DNA of 62,198 bases, filler included, from an uncultured Methanoregulaceae archaeon (GCA_964530035.1; 2 parts of 2 records of this genome joined end to end with filler, not necessarily neighbours in it); one strand, 5' to 3'; counted from the whole stretch's first letter, positions 29,612 through 38,507 are shown. Notes: generated by a model from the sequence alone, not told the origin. Numbers and translations: made by a program.

Positions 29612-30069
29612 AGCCGCACCATCATCTCCTTTTTTTCACCCGGGACATCTTCGCGGACGTCATGCCAGGATCATGTGAGCCTTTTTTCTCCAGGGACCAT
29701 ACGCCCCGACCTGGCTTCGGACCAGGGATTGCAGCCCCCACACCCCTGAAAGTTTCTCTCTGTTCTGGATACGGCATGAACAGACTTTTTGGAAGGTACA
29801 TGCCAGGTTTCTCAGGAACCAGGGCCGGACAGTGCTTCTCCTCCCTGGAGGGAGGTCGGGGAACCATCAGAGCACGGATGGCCCTCATCGACAGCACGGT
29901 TTGTGGAGTGCCTGGCAGCGGCATTTTTCTGATGAAGGAGACCGGGCTGATATTGATGCGCCCGATATGCAACCCGTCCATTTCTTTGCTGGGAAAACAC
30001 CACAGCATTAATCACATCACTTTTCCTTTGTAGTAGTACTCACCTCCGGAGTTTCGCAAGGCCTGGCTC

Positions 30070-31403
30070 ATGATATCGATCCTTTACGTAGATGACGAAC
30101 GCTCCCTCCTGGAAATCGGAAAACATTTTCTCGAGCAGACCCATGAGTTTAAGGTCGATACGGCAACCACCGCCGACGAAGCCCTGGACCGTATCAGAGT
30201 CAACCTGTACGATGCCATCATCTCCGACTACCAGCTTCCGGGCATGGACGGGATCGACCTCCTGAAACATCTCCGGAAAGCGGGAAACCAGGTACCCTTT
30301 ATCATCTTCACCGGCCGCAGCCGTGAGCAGGTCGTCATCGAGGCCCTGAACGCCGGGGCGGCCTTCTACCTCCAGAAGGGCATGGACTGGGAGTCACAGT
30401 TCGCCGAGCTCGCATACAAGGTGAAGGTGGCCGTTCAGCACCGGGAGACCGAGCGCCAGCTCCTCGAGAGCAGGGAGCGGCTCTCCGGTATCATCGAGTT
30501 CTTCCCGGATGCCACCCTCGGGGTCGACCGCTCCGGGCGCGTCACCATCTGGAACCGTGCGATGGAGGAGATGACGGGCATCCCGGCATCCGAGATGATC
30601 GGCAAGGGTGATTATGCCTACACCGTCCCGTTCTACGGCTCCCCCAGGCCCCAGCTGATGGACCTCATCTTCGAACCCGGGCACGAGGTGGCCGCTGAGT
30701 ACCCCCACCTCATACGAAGGGGTGACAGCCTCATGATCGAGGTGCTCTGCCCTGCATTGTATGGCGGGAAGGGGGCGTATGTTTCTGCAAAAGCCTCGCC
30801 ACTCAGGGACTCGGAAGGGAACATCGTCGGTGCAATCGAGAGTATCCGGGACATCACCGAGCTGAACCGGGCCCAGACGGAGATCCGTGATGCCGAGCTG
30901 TTCAACCGCGAGGTCATCAACGGGGTGAAGGAGGGGATCATCGTCTATGACCGTGACCTCAGGGTAACCCTCTGGAACCGGTACATGGAGGAGATGTCCG
31001 GGATCCCATCTGGGGAGATGGTGGGGAAACGGCCTTTTGAACTGTTCACGTTCCTGAAGGAGGCAGGTGCTGACCGCCACGCCAAGGCTGCTTTGTCAGG
31101 GACCTCCGGGGAGTCGGGGGATATCGAGTACAAAATACCCCAGACTGGTAAGTCCGGCTGGGCGAAGACCCTCTACTCCCCCCATTGCGATACCAACGGT
31201 TCCATTACAGGGGTCATCGCCATCGTCAGGGAGATCACCCCCCGTAAACTGGCAGAATTCGCGCTCCATGAAAGCGAGGAACGGTTCAGGAATATCTTCA
31301 ATGAATCCCCTATTGCACTTCTTCTCTTTGACAACAAAGGCGTCTTAAAGGAGATCAACTCGGCGGGTTGTGATCTGTTCGGTCTTTCGTCACCTGACGA
31401 GGT
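30070..31403 (+). CDS. Hybrid REC-PAS sensor protein, truncated by the assembly gap
   Basis: Receiver ILYVDDE/ISDYQLPGMDG plus two complete PAS and the start of a third; runs into N. Confidence 0.92.
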
Positions 31404-31503
31404 NNNNNNNNNNNNNNNNNNNNNNNNNNNNNNNNNNNNNNNNNNNNTTAATTAATTAANNNNNNNNNNNNNNNNNNNNNNNNNNNNNNNNNNNNNNNNN
31501 NNN
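31404..31503. other. Artificial contig join (N spacer with six-frame stop linker)
   Basis: 44 N + TTAATTAATTAA (31448-31459) + 44 N. Confidence 0.97.
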
Positions 31504-31813
31504 CATTTCTTCAATCATGCAGATTACCTGCTCATTATGTCAGGCAAGGAAGAATTATCCGTAAAAAAATGAGATTTTTACTTCCGCCAAAATCTTCTCT
31601 CTCTTCAATTTTATTGACCCCATTATGAGAGAGATCCATCAGTTGCAATTCCGATCATATGGTTTCAACAAAGCAATTTCCCGGTTATCTTATTTCTGGT
31701 GAGGACCTGTCACTCCTTAATTGTTTGACGTTATTGTACCAGGACCCTGCAATTGTACCCGGACGGTTGCAAGAAACGGCCTGAAGCGGGGGAAAAAGCC
31801 TGCCAGCAATAAC

Positions 31814-32482
31814 TCATTCGATTTTATGCCCGCAATACCCACAAAACCTTTTCCCGGCCGCGACCTGTTTTCCACAGGCCGGGCAGAAATGAACCGGGGC
31901 CGCCGTGGGCGTACTCCCGGCCGGAGCACCGCATTTACCACAGAACTTCTTCCCGGGCATCAAGGGGTTGCCGCATTTTGCACAGGTGGCCGGAGGTGAA
32001 GAAGGCTCCTCTGGAGGTGAGACTGTCCGGGACGGGGGTGCGGGCGGGGCTTGCCGAGGGGAAGGCTGCATTCCCTGAGGCCCTGGCCCGCCCTCCAGGG
32101 GCTGACGGGCAGTTTCCTCCTGCACCACCTTCCTTACTTCCTGTCCGATTTTATCGCCGGCCACCGATACTCCTGTCTCCAGGATTCTTTTCCCGATTTC
32201 CGGCGGCATCTCCCCCACCACGACCTCCCATTTCGCCGGCGGTTGGACCACCATCCGGGTGACGGTACCTGCCGCCCGGGCTGCCTGGCCGGCCGCGTTC
32301 ACGGTTGATTCTGCCTGGGAAACCGTCGTGGAGACTTTGTTCACCACTTCCGCTGCTTTCTGGAGAGTTTCCCCCGCATTCTCCATGGCTTCCGTGAAAC
32401 GCTCACCGCATTTCCGGCAAAACTTGGCACCGCCCGGGTTCGCCGTCCCGCACTTCGGGCAATATCGCTTCGTAACAGACAT
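31814..32482 (-). CDS. Triple zinc-ribbon protein (last gene of the toxin-like operon)
   Basis: CPKC..FCRKCG at the N-terminus, helical middle, Pro-rich linker, then CAKC..FCGKCG and CPAC..FCGYCG. Starts 21 nt after the previous stop. Confidence 0.9.
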   Translation of the reverse strand: MSVTKRYCPKCGTANPGGAKFCRKCGERFTEAMENAGETLQKAAEVVNKVSTTVSQAESTVNAAGQAARAAGTVTRMVVQPPAKWEVVVGEMPPEIGKRILETGVSVAGDKIGQEVRKVVQEETARQPLEGGPGPQGMQPSPRQAPPAPPSRTVSPPEEPSSPPATCAKCGNPLMPGKKFCGKCGAPAGSTPTAAPVHFCPACGKQVAAGKRFCGYCGHKIE

Positions 32483-32503
32483 CGTTTCAGCCCCTGTTCC
32501 TTT

Positions 32504-33283
32504 TTATACCCTGCATTTTCCGGATTGGACCCGCTGGATGTTCCTTTCTCCCGGGAGGCCGAGGTAGGGACAATGGGTCACGCTGCTGTGCAGGACCATC
32601 TCCTTGTCCCCTTCCATGATCCACGCGAGCTTCCCGGATTCTATCCATTTCTCCAGGTCAAAATCACAGGTGTCCTCATCGTCATAGGACTCGTACCACC
32701 TGAAATCGGCGCCGGTCTTTCCATGGGAATAATAGCTCAGGCCCCAGAGGTTCGGCCATTTAACTCCGTCAACAGGGAATTCAGCAAAATACGCGATGGA
32801 ATACCCGGTGTGATTCCCCACCGGGAGCGAGTAGAGCACCGCTTTTACCATCTCATGTTCAAGCAGCCGCGGAATGACGTAGGGTACGCCGGGACCGGGT
32901 TTCACGAGGAAACTGGTCTTTTCTATCCCGTTTTCGATCTTCAGGGCCCCGGTAAGGGCGCAAAAGGTCGGAGGGACGTCCTCGAACACCGGCCGGGTGG
33001 CGGATTCATAGTTCCACCATAACCCGTCGATCCCGAATGGGTCGAAGGAATAGAGGAGGACCTGGCCGGTAAAAGGGCAACGGGACAGGGGGATACGGGG
33101 GAGTCTCGCAAGGTATTCATTCCAGATCTCCTTCCTGCGTTTCTCGTACCCTTCGATCACAGCCTGGACACCTGGTTCCCCGGCCTTTTCCCCGTATGAC
33201 AGGTACCTTACCTTCTGGATAAGCAGGTCATATTCTGCAAGAAGGATTTCCCGCTCAGTCCTGGTAAACGGCTCGGTCATCAT
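32504..33283 (-). CDS. Hypothetical protein, candidate immunity protein
   Basis: ATGA overlap with the upstream large gene; acidic/aromatic-rich cytoplasmic protein (LPRIPLSRCPFTG..D..GIDGLWW..PGPGVPYVIPRLL..PVGNHTGY). The immunity role is inferred from position only. Confidence 0.7.
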   Translation of the reverse strand: MMTEPFTRTEREILLAEYDLLIQKVRYLSYGEKAGEPGVQAVIEGYEKRRKEIWNEYLARLPRIPLSRCPFTGQVLLYSFDPFGIDGLWWNYESATRPVFEDVPPTFCALTGALKIENGIEKTSFLVKPGPGVPYVIPRLLEHEMVKAVLYSLPVGNHTGYSIAYFAEFPVDGVKWPNLWGLSYYSHGKTGADFRWYESYDDEDTCDFDLEKWIESGKLAWIMEGDKEMVLHSSVTHCPYLGLPGERNIQRVQSGKCRV

Positions 33284-36200
33284 TGCACGACTCCTGTGAT
33301 CCAGGTCCCTGTTATCTTCCTGTCCCCGGTGAACCGGATAAGCGGTTCTGCCTTTGCATTCCCCTTCGTATGGCTCCCGATAATTTTCTGGTCGATGCCC
33401 CTCTTGACATCAAAGGGGGACTGGGCACCTGCCGGGCTGCCCTCCGGGACCGTTCTCGACTCGCTCCGGTAGTCCCACTGCGACTGCCACGGGTGCTGGA
33501 TGTTTAGTTCTTGTTTCAGCCGGTTAAATATCCGCTCCATCCTGACAGGGTCTGTCACCGGCTTGCCGGTGCTCCGATCGATCACCCCGAAGACATCATA
33601 GTCGCCGGTGATGTCCCGCTTCGTCCCGTTGGGCAGCACTTTTTTCACCACGCCCTTCTCCACCACGAGTTTCATGCCGGGTTCTGCGTCCGGGCCCGAG
33701 TGCTCGTCGATATGGTCCTTCTGGTCGGCAAACTCCTGTTTTCGCTGCTTGTACCGGCTTTCGACATCAGCAAATGCAGCGTCTCCCTCCGGACCCTTCG
33801 GGAAGGACTCACGTTTCGGCGGCTTTGGCTCAAAGTACCCGACCTTTCCGAGGTCCTCCCTTTTCAGTTCGGGGTTCAGGTGCAGGTCCCTTTCGTCGAT
33901 GGTCTTTGTTTTGACATACTCCGGCTTCGGGTCCGCCCTACCGGTCCTGATGAGCTCCTCGGCATAGGGGGTGGTTGACCTGATCAGGAGGTCGGCATTT
34001 TCCTCGGCCGCAATCCTGTTTGCAGCATCGATATGTTTCTGGGTCATGCCGCTCGTAAGTTTCCCGACGTCTGCATCTGGGGCGTCTTCGTACGTGAACT
34101 CCCGGTACTCCTCTCCGAGTTGTGTCGGCTTGAAATGGGGCTCTTTTTTGCCCGGTTTTGCTGCAGCCTTCCCGGGAACCTCCTTATCTCCCGGTTTTTC
34201 CCCGGGAGTCCCTCCGGCGGGTTCGTCCCCGTAGGCCGGCTCTTCTTTGCCGGGAGGTGTTGTTTCCTCCTCCCCGGAAGCCTTCTTTCCCCCCGTTTTT
34301 TCCCCGGGAGTCCCCCCGGCAGGTCCCCCGGAGGGGGGTTTCTCACCGGCCGGCGGCTTTTTCTCCATCAGCCTGTTCCACTTGTTCTTCAGGTCGGTGG
34401 GTGTCAGTCTTCCGTATTCGTCGATGAACGGCCCGAGGAGCATGAGGAGGCTCATGATGGAAAGGTCCCGGATGACAAGCTTGACCGACTCCACCCACCC
34501 CCGCCCGGAAAGGACATGGATGGCATACCTCCAGATGAACAGTGCGGCGATGACGGGGATAATACCCTTCGTGTTCCTGAGGCCCGGGAGCTTCTTCTCG
34601 AGTATTGCGATATCGCCGCCCATGGTAAGGAGGTTTGTAATAAAGTTCTCAACCCTCGTCCCTGAGAACTTCAGGGCACAGACGACGATCGAACTCTCCT
34701 TCCGGCAGACCGTGTCATACTGCTTGGAAAATTCAAACGCCAGCTCGGTCGTCTCGCCTATTACGAACGCGAGGGCGGCCGCCCCGAGGCCGGGCCCGAG
34801 GTACGGGGCCATGAATATCATCAGCACGAGGTTTGATCCCTGGAACAGGTAGTCCTCGTTCACGTAGTCAAGGACCGGGTTGAGGAGGTACCCGGACCAG
34901 CCGTTCTCCCAGTCAAGGTATTCCTTCCGGTCCTCCGCCCAGATCTTCCAGGCGGAATCGTAGATGATCCTGGAAAAGGTGTTGTAATCCGCAGCTGTTG
35001 CGTACGTCCCCAGGCATTCCAGGTGAAAGATGAACGCCTCCCGCTTGTTCTCCGGGAGACAGCCCTTGATCATCTTTACGCACCGGGCAAACGCCTCCAG
35101 TGCTTCAACGGCAGGGTCCCTCGGCTCCCCCAGCTGCAGTCCGACCGGGAGGTCGAGTTCCCCGAGGTAGGACCTGAAATGTACTTTTCCTGATAATTTT
35201 TCGCCCCTTCCCGGGACGGTCCGGGAAAACGACACCGCCCAGGCAGCATCTTCGCCCGCTTCCCAGGCCCATTCGATCCTGGCGTCCTTCAGCCTGAAAA
35301 GGTTGTCCCAGGTGGTGGGCGGTTCGTCAGTACAGACCGGGTCATCGGGAACCAGGTTTCCCTCTTTGACCGCTTCCTTGTCCTCTTCGACATCGGTCCC
35401 GTTCCATACCATGCCGACGAACCTGACCCGGGCAACCCGCTGGGCCGGGACATCGGGAGTGTCAACCCTGATGGTCACAACCTTTGCATGCGGGTCATAC
35501 TTGTACTCGCCTTTTTCGTTCGCGGTGTAGATCTTTTCGACAAAGAGGCCCTCATAACAGACATTAACGAGGATATCGGGGCCATCCATTGAAATATCCC
35601 CCGAGGAGGCCGTGGTCTTCACCCTGACGGTCTGCCGGCATGCATTTTGCCCGATCCTTTCCGCAGGGACAGGAAGCGGGTCTTTCACCTCGAAACGATA
35701 GACCGCCGATGCCGCTCCTTCTGTCTTTCTCCCGATTGTGACGAGGTCAGGCTCGTCTTTCCCCGCTCCTGCTTCAATCTGCCAGGTCCTGCCGTCTGGG
35801 TTCTCCACGGTCAGGGTAACGTCTTCACGGGTCCTTGCCTCGCCTTTTCCCTTTTTCGAACCGGCGTTGGCAAGCAAATTGAACGAGGTCTTATCTGCGG
35901 AGATGAGGGGGCGCGAAAGAAGAGCAACCGGGACCGTTTTTGTCCCGGCAAAATTCCCGTCAAGGGTCGCCGTCACGACCACGTTTTCGTATGCCGGGGG
36001 GTCCTTCACCGAGTCAGGTTCGGGGTCCCGGGCCTCAAACGTCATGCAGGCCCACCCTGCCGGGCAGGTCTTCGCCAGGTACGGCGGGTCGAGCCATCCC
36101 CCTTCTCTTTCAGGCCTGAACTCGAACGAGGGCTGGGGGCCGGAACCCGGGGCAGATCCTTCCGCCGGGTGCAGGCGTGCTTTCAGGGTGACGGAGTCCT

Positions 36201-37326
36201 TCCCGGTAAAGGGATTGATACTGTCCTTCCCTTCAGGTTCGAACCCGACCTCGAGGGCTCCCGCGGGGATTTCTTTCCTGAGACTCACGGTCACCGTGTT
36301 TCCCTTCCCCGGAGGGATAGAATCGTTCCCGACCATGGCTCCTACGGTCAGAACAACCTCATTTACCGGTGCATCCTTCTTCTGCGTGACGGTACAGGCA
36401 AGGGTCCCGGTTGCTGACCCCGGGGATACCAGAAGATACTGAGAGGAGGCTGATGGGGTGTCAACAAAGAGGGCTGCGTCCGGTACGGGAATGTCGCCAC
36501 CGTCCGGCCCCCTGTCGGTAACCCATGCCGAGAAGGTCCCTGACTGCCCAGGGGTTACCTGGAGGGCCTGCCTGTCAAGGTTCAGGGCGTAATTTTTTTC
36601 AACCGGGATGGAGAAGAGGCAGGACTGTTTCAGGTCGATACCCGATTTCCTCACGGATACGTCCACCGTGACGGTCGCTGACTCCATCTGCTTCCGGGAG
36701 TCCGTGAGGGCTTCAATCTCCCTTCGTTTCCAGTTGTTTTCCACGGTTGCAGACCCGGGGTTGCAGACGATGTTGACCTGGTCCTTCACATCGAGCGAAA
36801 TAGCCCCGGCGAGGGCGGCCTGGTCGTCCTGGCTCACGTTTCCGGGGATGTTTTTTACCGTGGCCCTCACGGCAAAGGAGAAGTTCCCTCCCGCCGTCCT
36901 CTTCGCCGCTTCCTTTTCAACGACCAGTTCCGGCTGCGGCACCGGCGGGATGGTCACGTCCACCTCGTCCGTGACCGGGGCTGCCGCTACATTCACCGGG
37001 ACGCCCATACCGGGTAGAGCCATTCCCGGGAACAGGGTCACCTTCAGTTTTATCGGTTTCCGCTTCAGGATGACCCCCGTGTAATGGGTGAGGGGGATTT
37101 TCTCCGGAAGGCTGACCCTGATGTTCAGCTTGGTCGAGGTCGCGTTCATCTGCTGGGATATGCTGACCGTATTATTGTCCCAGCCGCAACCAGGTACAAT
37201 CTCGACGTTCCCCCCCTGGAGGGGAAGGGGTTGCCTCCCCCTTTCCACGATGATCTTCGAGCCGATGGTAACCGGGCCGAGCGAGCAGTCCGGGTTCAAC
37301 GGGATTTCCTTCGAAAAGTTACCCAT
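33280..37326 (-). CDS. Large multidomain protein with C-terminal anthrax EF/CyaA/ExoY-like nucleotidyl cyclase domain (polymorphic-toxin-like)
   Basis: Beta-rich Ig-like N-terminal ~730 aa, hydrophobic helical segment, G/E/K/P linker, then GMTQKHIDAANRIAAEENADLLIR...LIRTGRADPK(x6)KT...ITGDYDVFGV...IQH, matching EF GLVPEHADAFKKIARELNTYILFR...LIKSGVATK(x6)KS...LTADYDLFAL...NH. Confidence 0.8.
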   Translation of the reverse strand: MGNFSKEIPLNPDCSLGPVTIGSKIIVERGRQPLPLQGGNVEIVPGCGWDNNTVSISQQMNATSTKLNIRVSLPEKIPLTHYTGVILKRKPIKLKVTLFPGMALPGMGVPVNVAAAPVTDEVDVTIPPVPQPELVVEKEAAKRTAGGNFSFAVRATVKNIPGNVSQDDQAALAGAISLDVKDQVNIVCNPGSATVENNWKRREIEALTDSRKQMESATVTVDVSVRKSGIDLKQSCLFSIPVEKNYALNLDRQALQVTPGQSGTFSAWVTDRGPDGGDIPVPDAALFVDTPSASSQYLLVSPGSATGTLACTVTQKKDAPVNEVVLTVGAMVGNDSIPPGKGNTVTVSLRKEIPAGALEVGFEPEGKDSINPFTGKDSVTLKARLHPAEGSAPGSGPQPSFEFRPEREGGWLDPPYLAKTCPAGWACMTFEARDPEPDSVKDPPAYENVVVTATLDGNFAGTKTVPVALLSRPLISADKTSFNLLANAGSKKGKGEARTREDVTLTVENPDGRTWQIEAGAGKDEPDLVTIGRKTEGAASAVYRFEVKDPLPVPAERIGQNACRQTVRVKTTASSGDISMDGPDILVNVCYEGLFVEKIYTANEKGEYKYDPHAKVVTIRVDTPDVPAQRVARVRFVGMVWNGTDVEEDKEAVKEGNLVPDDPVCTDEPPTTWDNLFRLKDARIEWAWEAGEDAAWAVSFSRTVPGRGEKLSGKVHFRSYLGELDLPVGLQLGEPRDPAVEALEAFARCVKMIKGCLPENKREAFIFHLECLGTYATAADYNTFSRIIYDSAWKIWAEDRKEYLDWENGWSGYLLNPVLDYVNEDYLFQGSNLVLMIFMAPYLGPGLGAAALAFVIGETTELAFEFSKQYDTVCRKESSIVVCALKFSGTRVENFITNLLTMGGDIAILEKKLPGLRNTKGIIPVIAALFIWRYAIHVLSGRGWVESVKLVIRDLSIMSLLMLLGPFIDEYGRLTPTDLKNKWNRLMEKKPPAGEKPPSGGPAGGTPGEKTGGKKASGEEETTPPGKEEPAYGDEPAGGTPGEKPGDKEVPGKAAAKPGKKEPHFKPTQLGEEYREFTYEDAPDADVGKLTSGMTQKHIDAANRIAAEENADLLIRSTTPYAEELIRTGRADPKPEYVKTKTIDERDLHLNPELKREDLGKVGYFEPKPPKRESFPKGPEGDAAFADVESRYKQRKQEFADQKDHIDEHSGPDAEPGMKLVVEKGVVKKVLPNGTKRDITGDYDVFGVIDRSTGKPVTDPVRMERIFNRLKQELNIQHPWQSQWDYRSESRTVPEGSPAGAQSPFDVKRGIDQKIIGSHTKGNAKAEPLIRFTGDRKITGTWITGVVQ
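34139..34325. repeat. Imperfect ~100-bp tandem duplication in the toxin linker
   Basis: Encodes PAGGTPGEKTGGKKASGEEETTPPGKEEP and PAGGTPGEKPGDKEVPGKAAAKPGKKEP; TTCCCCGGGAGTCCCyCCGGC occurs twice, about 102 nt apart. Confidence 0.8.
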
Positions 37327-37337
37327 GGTCCCAGGCC

Positions 37338-38507
37338 TCAGTCGAACTCGATCCCGGTCTCCGCTTCGAAGTTCACAGTGACATCCGCGGATGTCCCACC
37401 CCCGCCCGCAGATGCACTGACCTGTATCATGGCGCGGTCCACACTGGCAGGCCTTGAGAGGGACACCGTTACCGAAACGGACCCCATCCCAGACAGGGGT
37501 GCGACCGTAAGCCCGGGGACACCTGGCGGCGGGGTAACCCGTATCGAGGCGCCAGGTGCATGGGCCGTGGTCCCGGCACGGTCAACCTTCCAGACGGTTG
37601 CCGTAAACCCACCGGATTTTTTCGTGCTGACGACCACGGAGTCCGAGGGAGTAATCTGGAGGATGTAGCCGGCCGGCCCTTCGTCCTTCTTCTCCTTTTG
37701 CACGGGTTTTTTTTCTTCGGGTTTTTTCTTCCCGAGGCCTTTTATTAGTAAAGCGGCTGCTGCCGCGACCAGCGCAAGGCCCCCCACGACAGGCAGCCAG
37801 GGGACATCCCCGGTCCCGGTTCCCTCCGAGTACTTGTAGACCATGATGGTCGCACCGGAGATGCTGGGCTGGCCGGGGAGGTAATTGCCCCCCGGTGTGT
37901 TATACCTCGCTACCGAACGTGCCTTCCCGCCGAGGGCGAGGACCAGGTGGCTCCCGGCTTTTCCGTCAGGGACCGTCCAGGTGACGTCCCTGGCCTGCAT
38001 CCCCTTTCCTGGAGATACCCCGACTTCACCGGTGACGTCAAGGCCTGAAACCAGGTCGTCGAGCTGGTCCGTGGTGAGGGAAGATGCCCTGTCGAGCTTC
38101 CCGTTGTCATCGGCAACACCTCCATCGATGCCGGTCGACCCCTCGTTTTCGTACGTGACATACCTCGTCTGCGAGGGTGCGACGATTGACCCGTCATCGC
38201 TGACGGAGAGCCTCGTGGTTACTGTCGAACCCACAGGGAGCTCACCCGGCGGGGTTGTCCAGCTGTGGCGGAATTTCAGGGTGATACCGGCATCCGGCAC
38301 CTTCAGGGTTGAGACGGCCCCGCTGGAACCAGAAGGGACGTATGAGCCTTGTGCTACCGTTTCACCGCCGGATTCAGCGTCTTCCAGCAGCTGGTCCGAG
38401 AACTGGTTTGCGAGGACCCATGTCCCGGCTGCGGAAACGGTTGCAGGCCCGGCGAGTACTAACAGGAGTATAACGACGGTAGAGATAGAGAGCAGGCGCT
38501 TGTTCAT
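37338..38507 (-). CDS. Type I membrane protein with extracellular beta domain and cytoplasmic Ig-like domain (first gene of the toxin-like operon)
   Basis: Signal MNKRLLSISTVVILLLVLAGPATVSA (ATG 38507), TM WLPVVGGLALVAAAAALLI followed by KKK, then a beta-rich C-terminal domain. Ends 11 nt before the large gene. Confidence 0.85.
   Translation of the reverse strand: MNKRLLSISTVVILLLVLAGPATVSAAGTWVLANQFSDQLLEDAESGGETVAQGSYVPSGSSGAVSTLKVPDAGITLKFRHSWTTPPGELPVGSTVTTRLSVSDDGSIVAPSQTRYVTYENEGSTGIDGGVADDNGKLDRASSLTTDQLDDLVSGLDVTGEVGVSPGKGMQARDVTWTVPDGKAGSHLVLALGGKARSVARYNTPGGNYLPGQPSISGATIMVYKYSEGTGTGDVPWLPVVGGLALVAAAAALLIKGLGKKKPEEKKPVQKEKKDEGPAGYILQITPSDSVVVSTKKSGGFTATVWKVDRAGTTAHAPGASIRVTPPPGVPGLTVAPLSGMGSVSVTVSLSRPASVDRAMIQVSASAGGGGTSADVTVNFEAETGIEFD

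Noticed and set aside
31448..31459. Perfect palindrome TTAATTAATTAA
   Set aside because: It is embedded symmetrically in N runs and is a six-frame-stop assembly linker, not biology.
33280..34050. Alternative identity of the toxin tip as ADP-ribosyltransferase, RelA/SpoT-like synthetase or HNH nuclease
   Set aside because: No R-S-E/HYE, RxK..ExQ or HNH pattern was found, and the ordered H..A..R / K-x6-KT / DYD / H set fits the EF/ExoY fold better.
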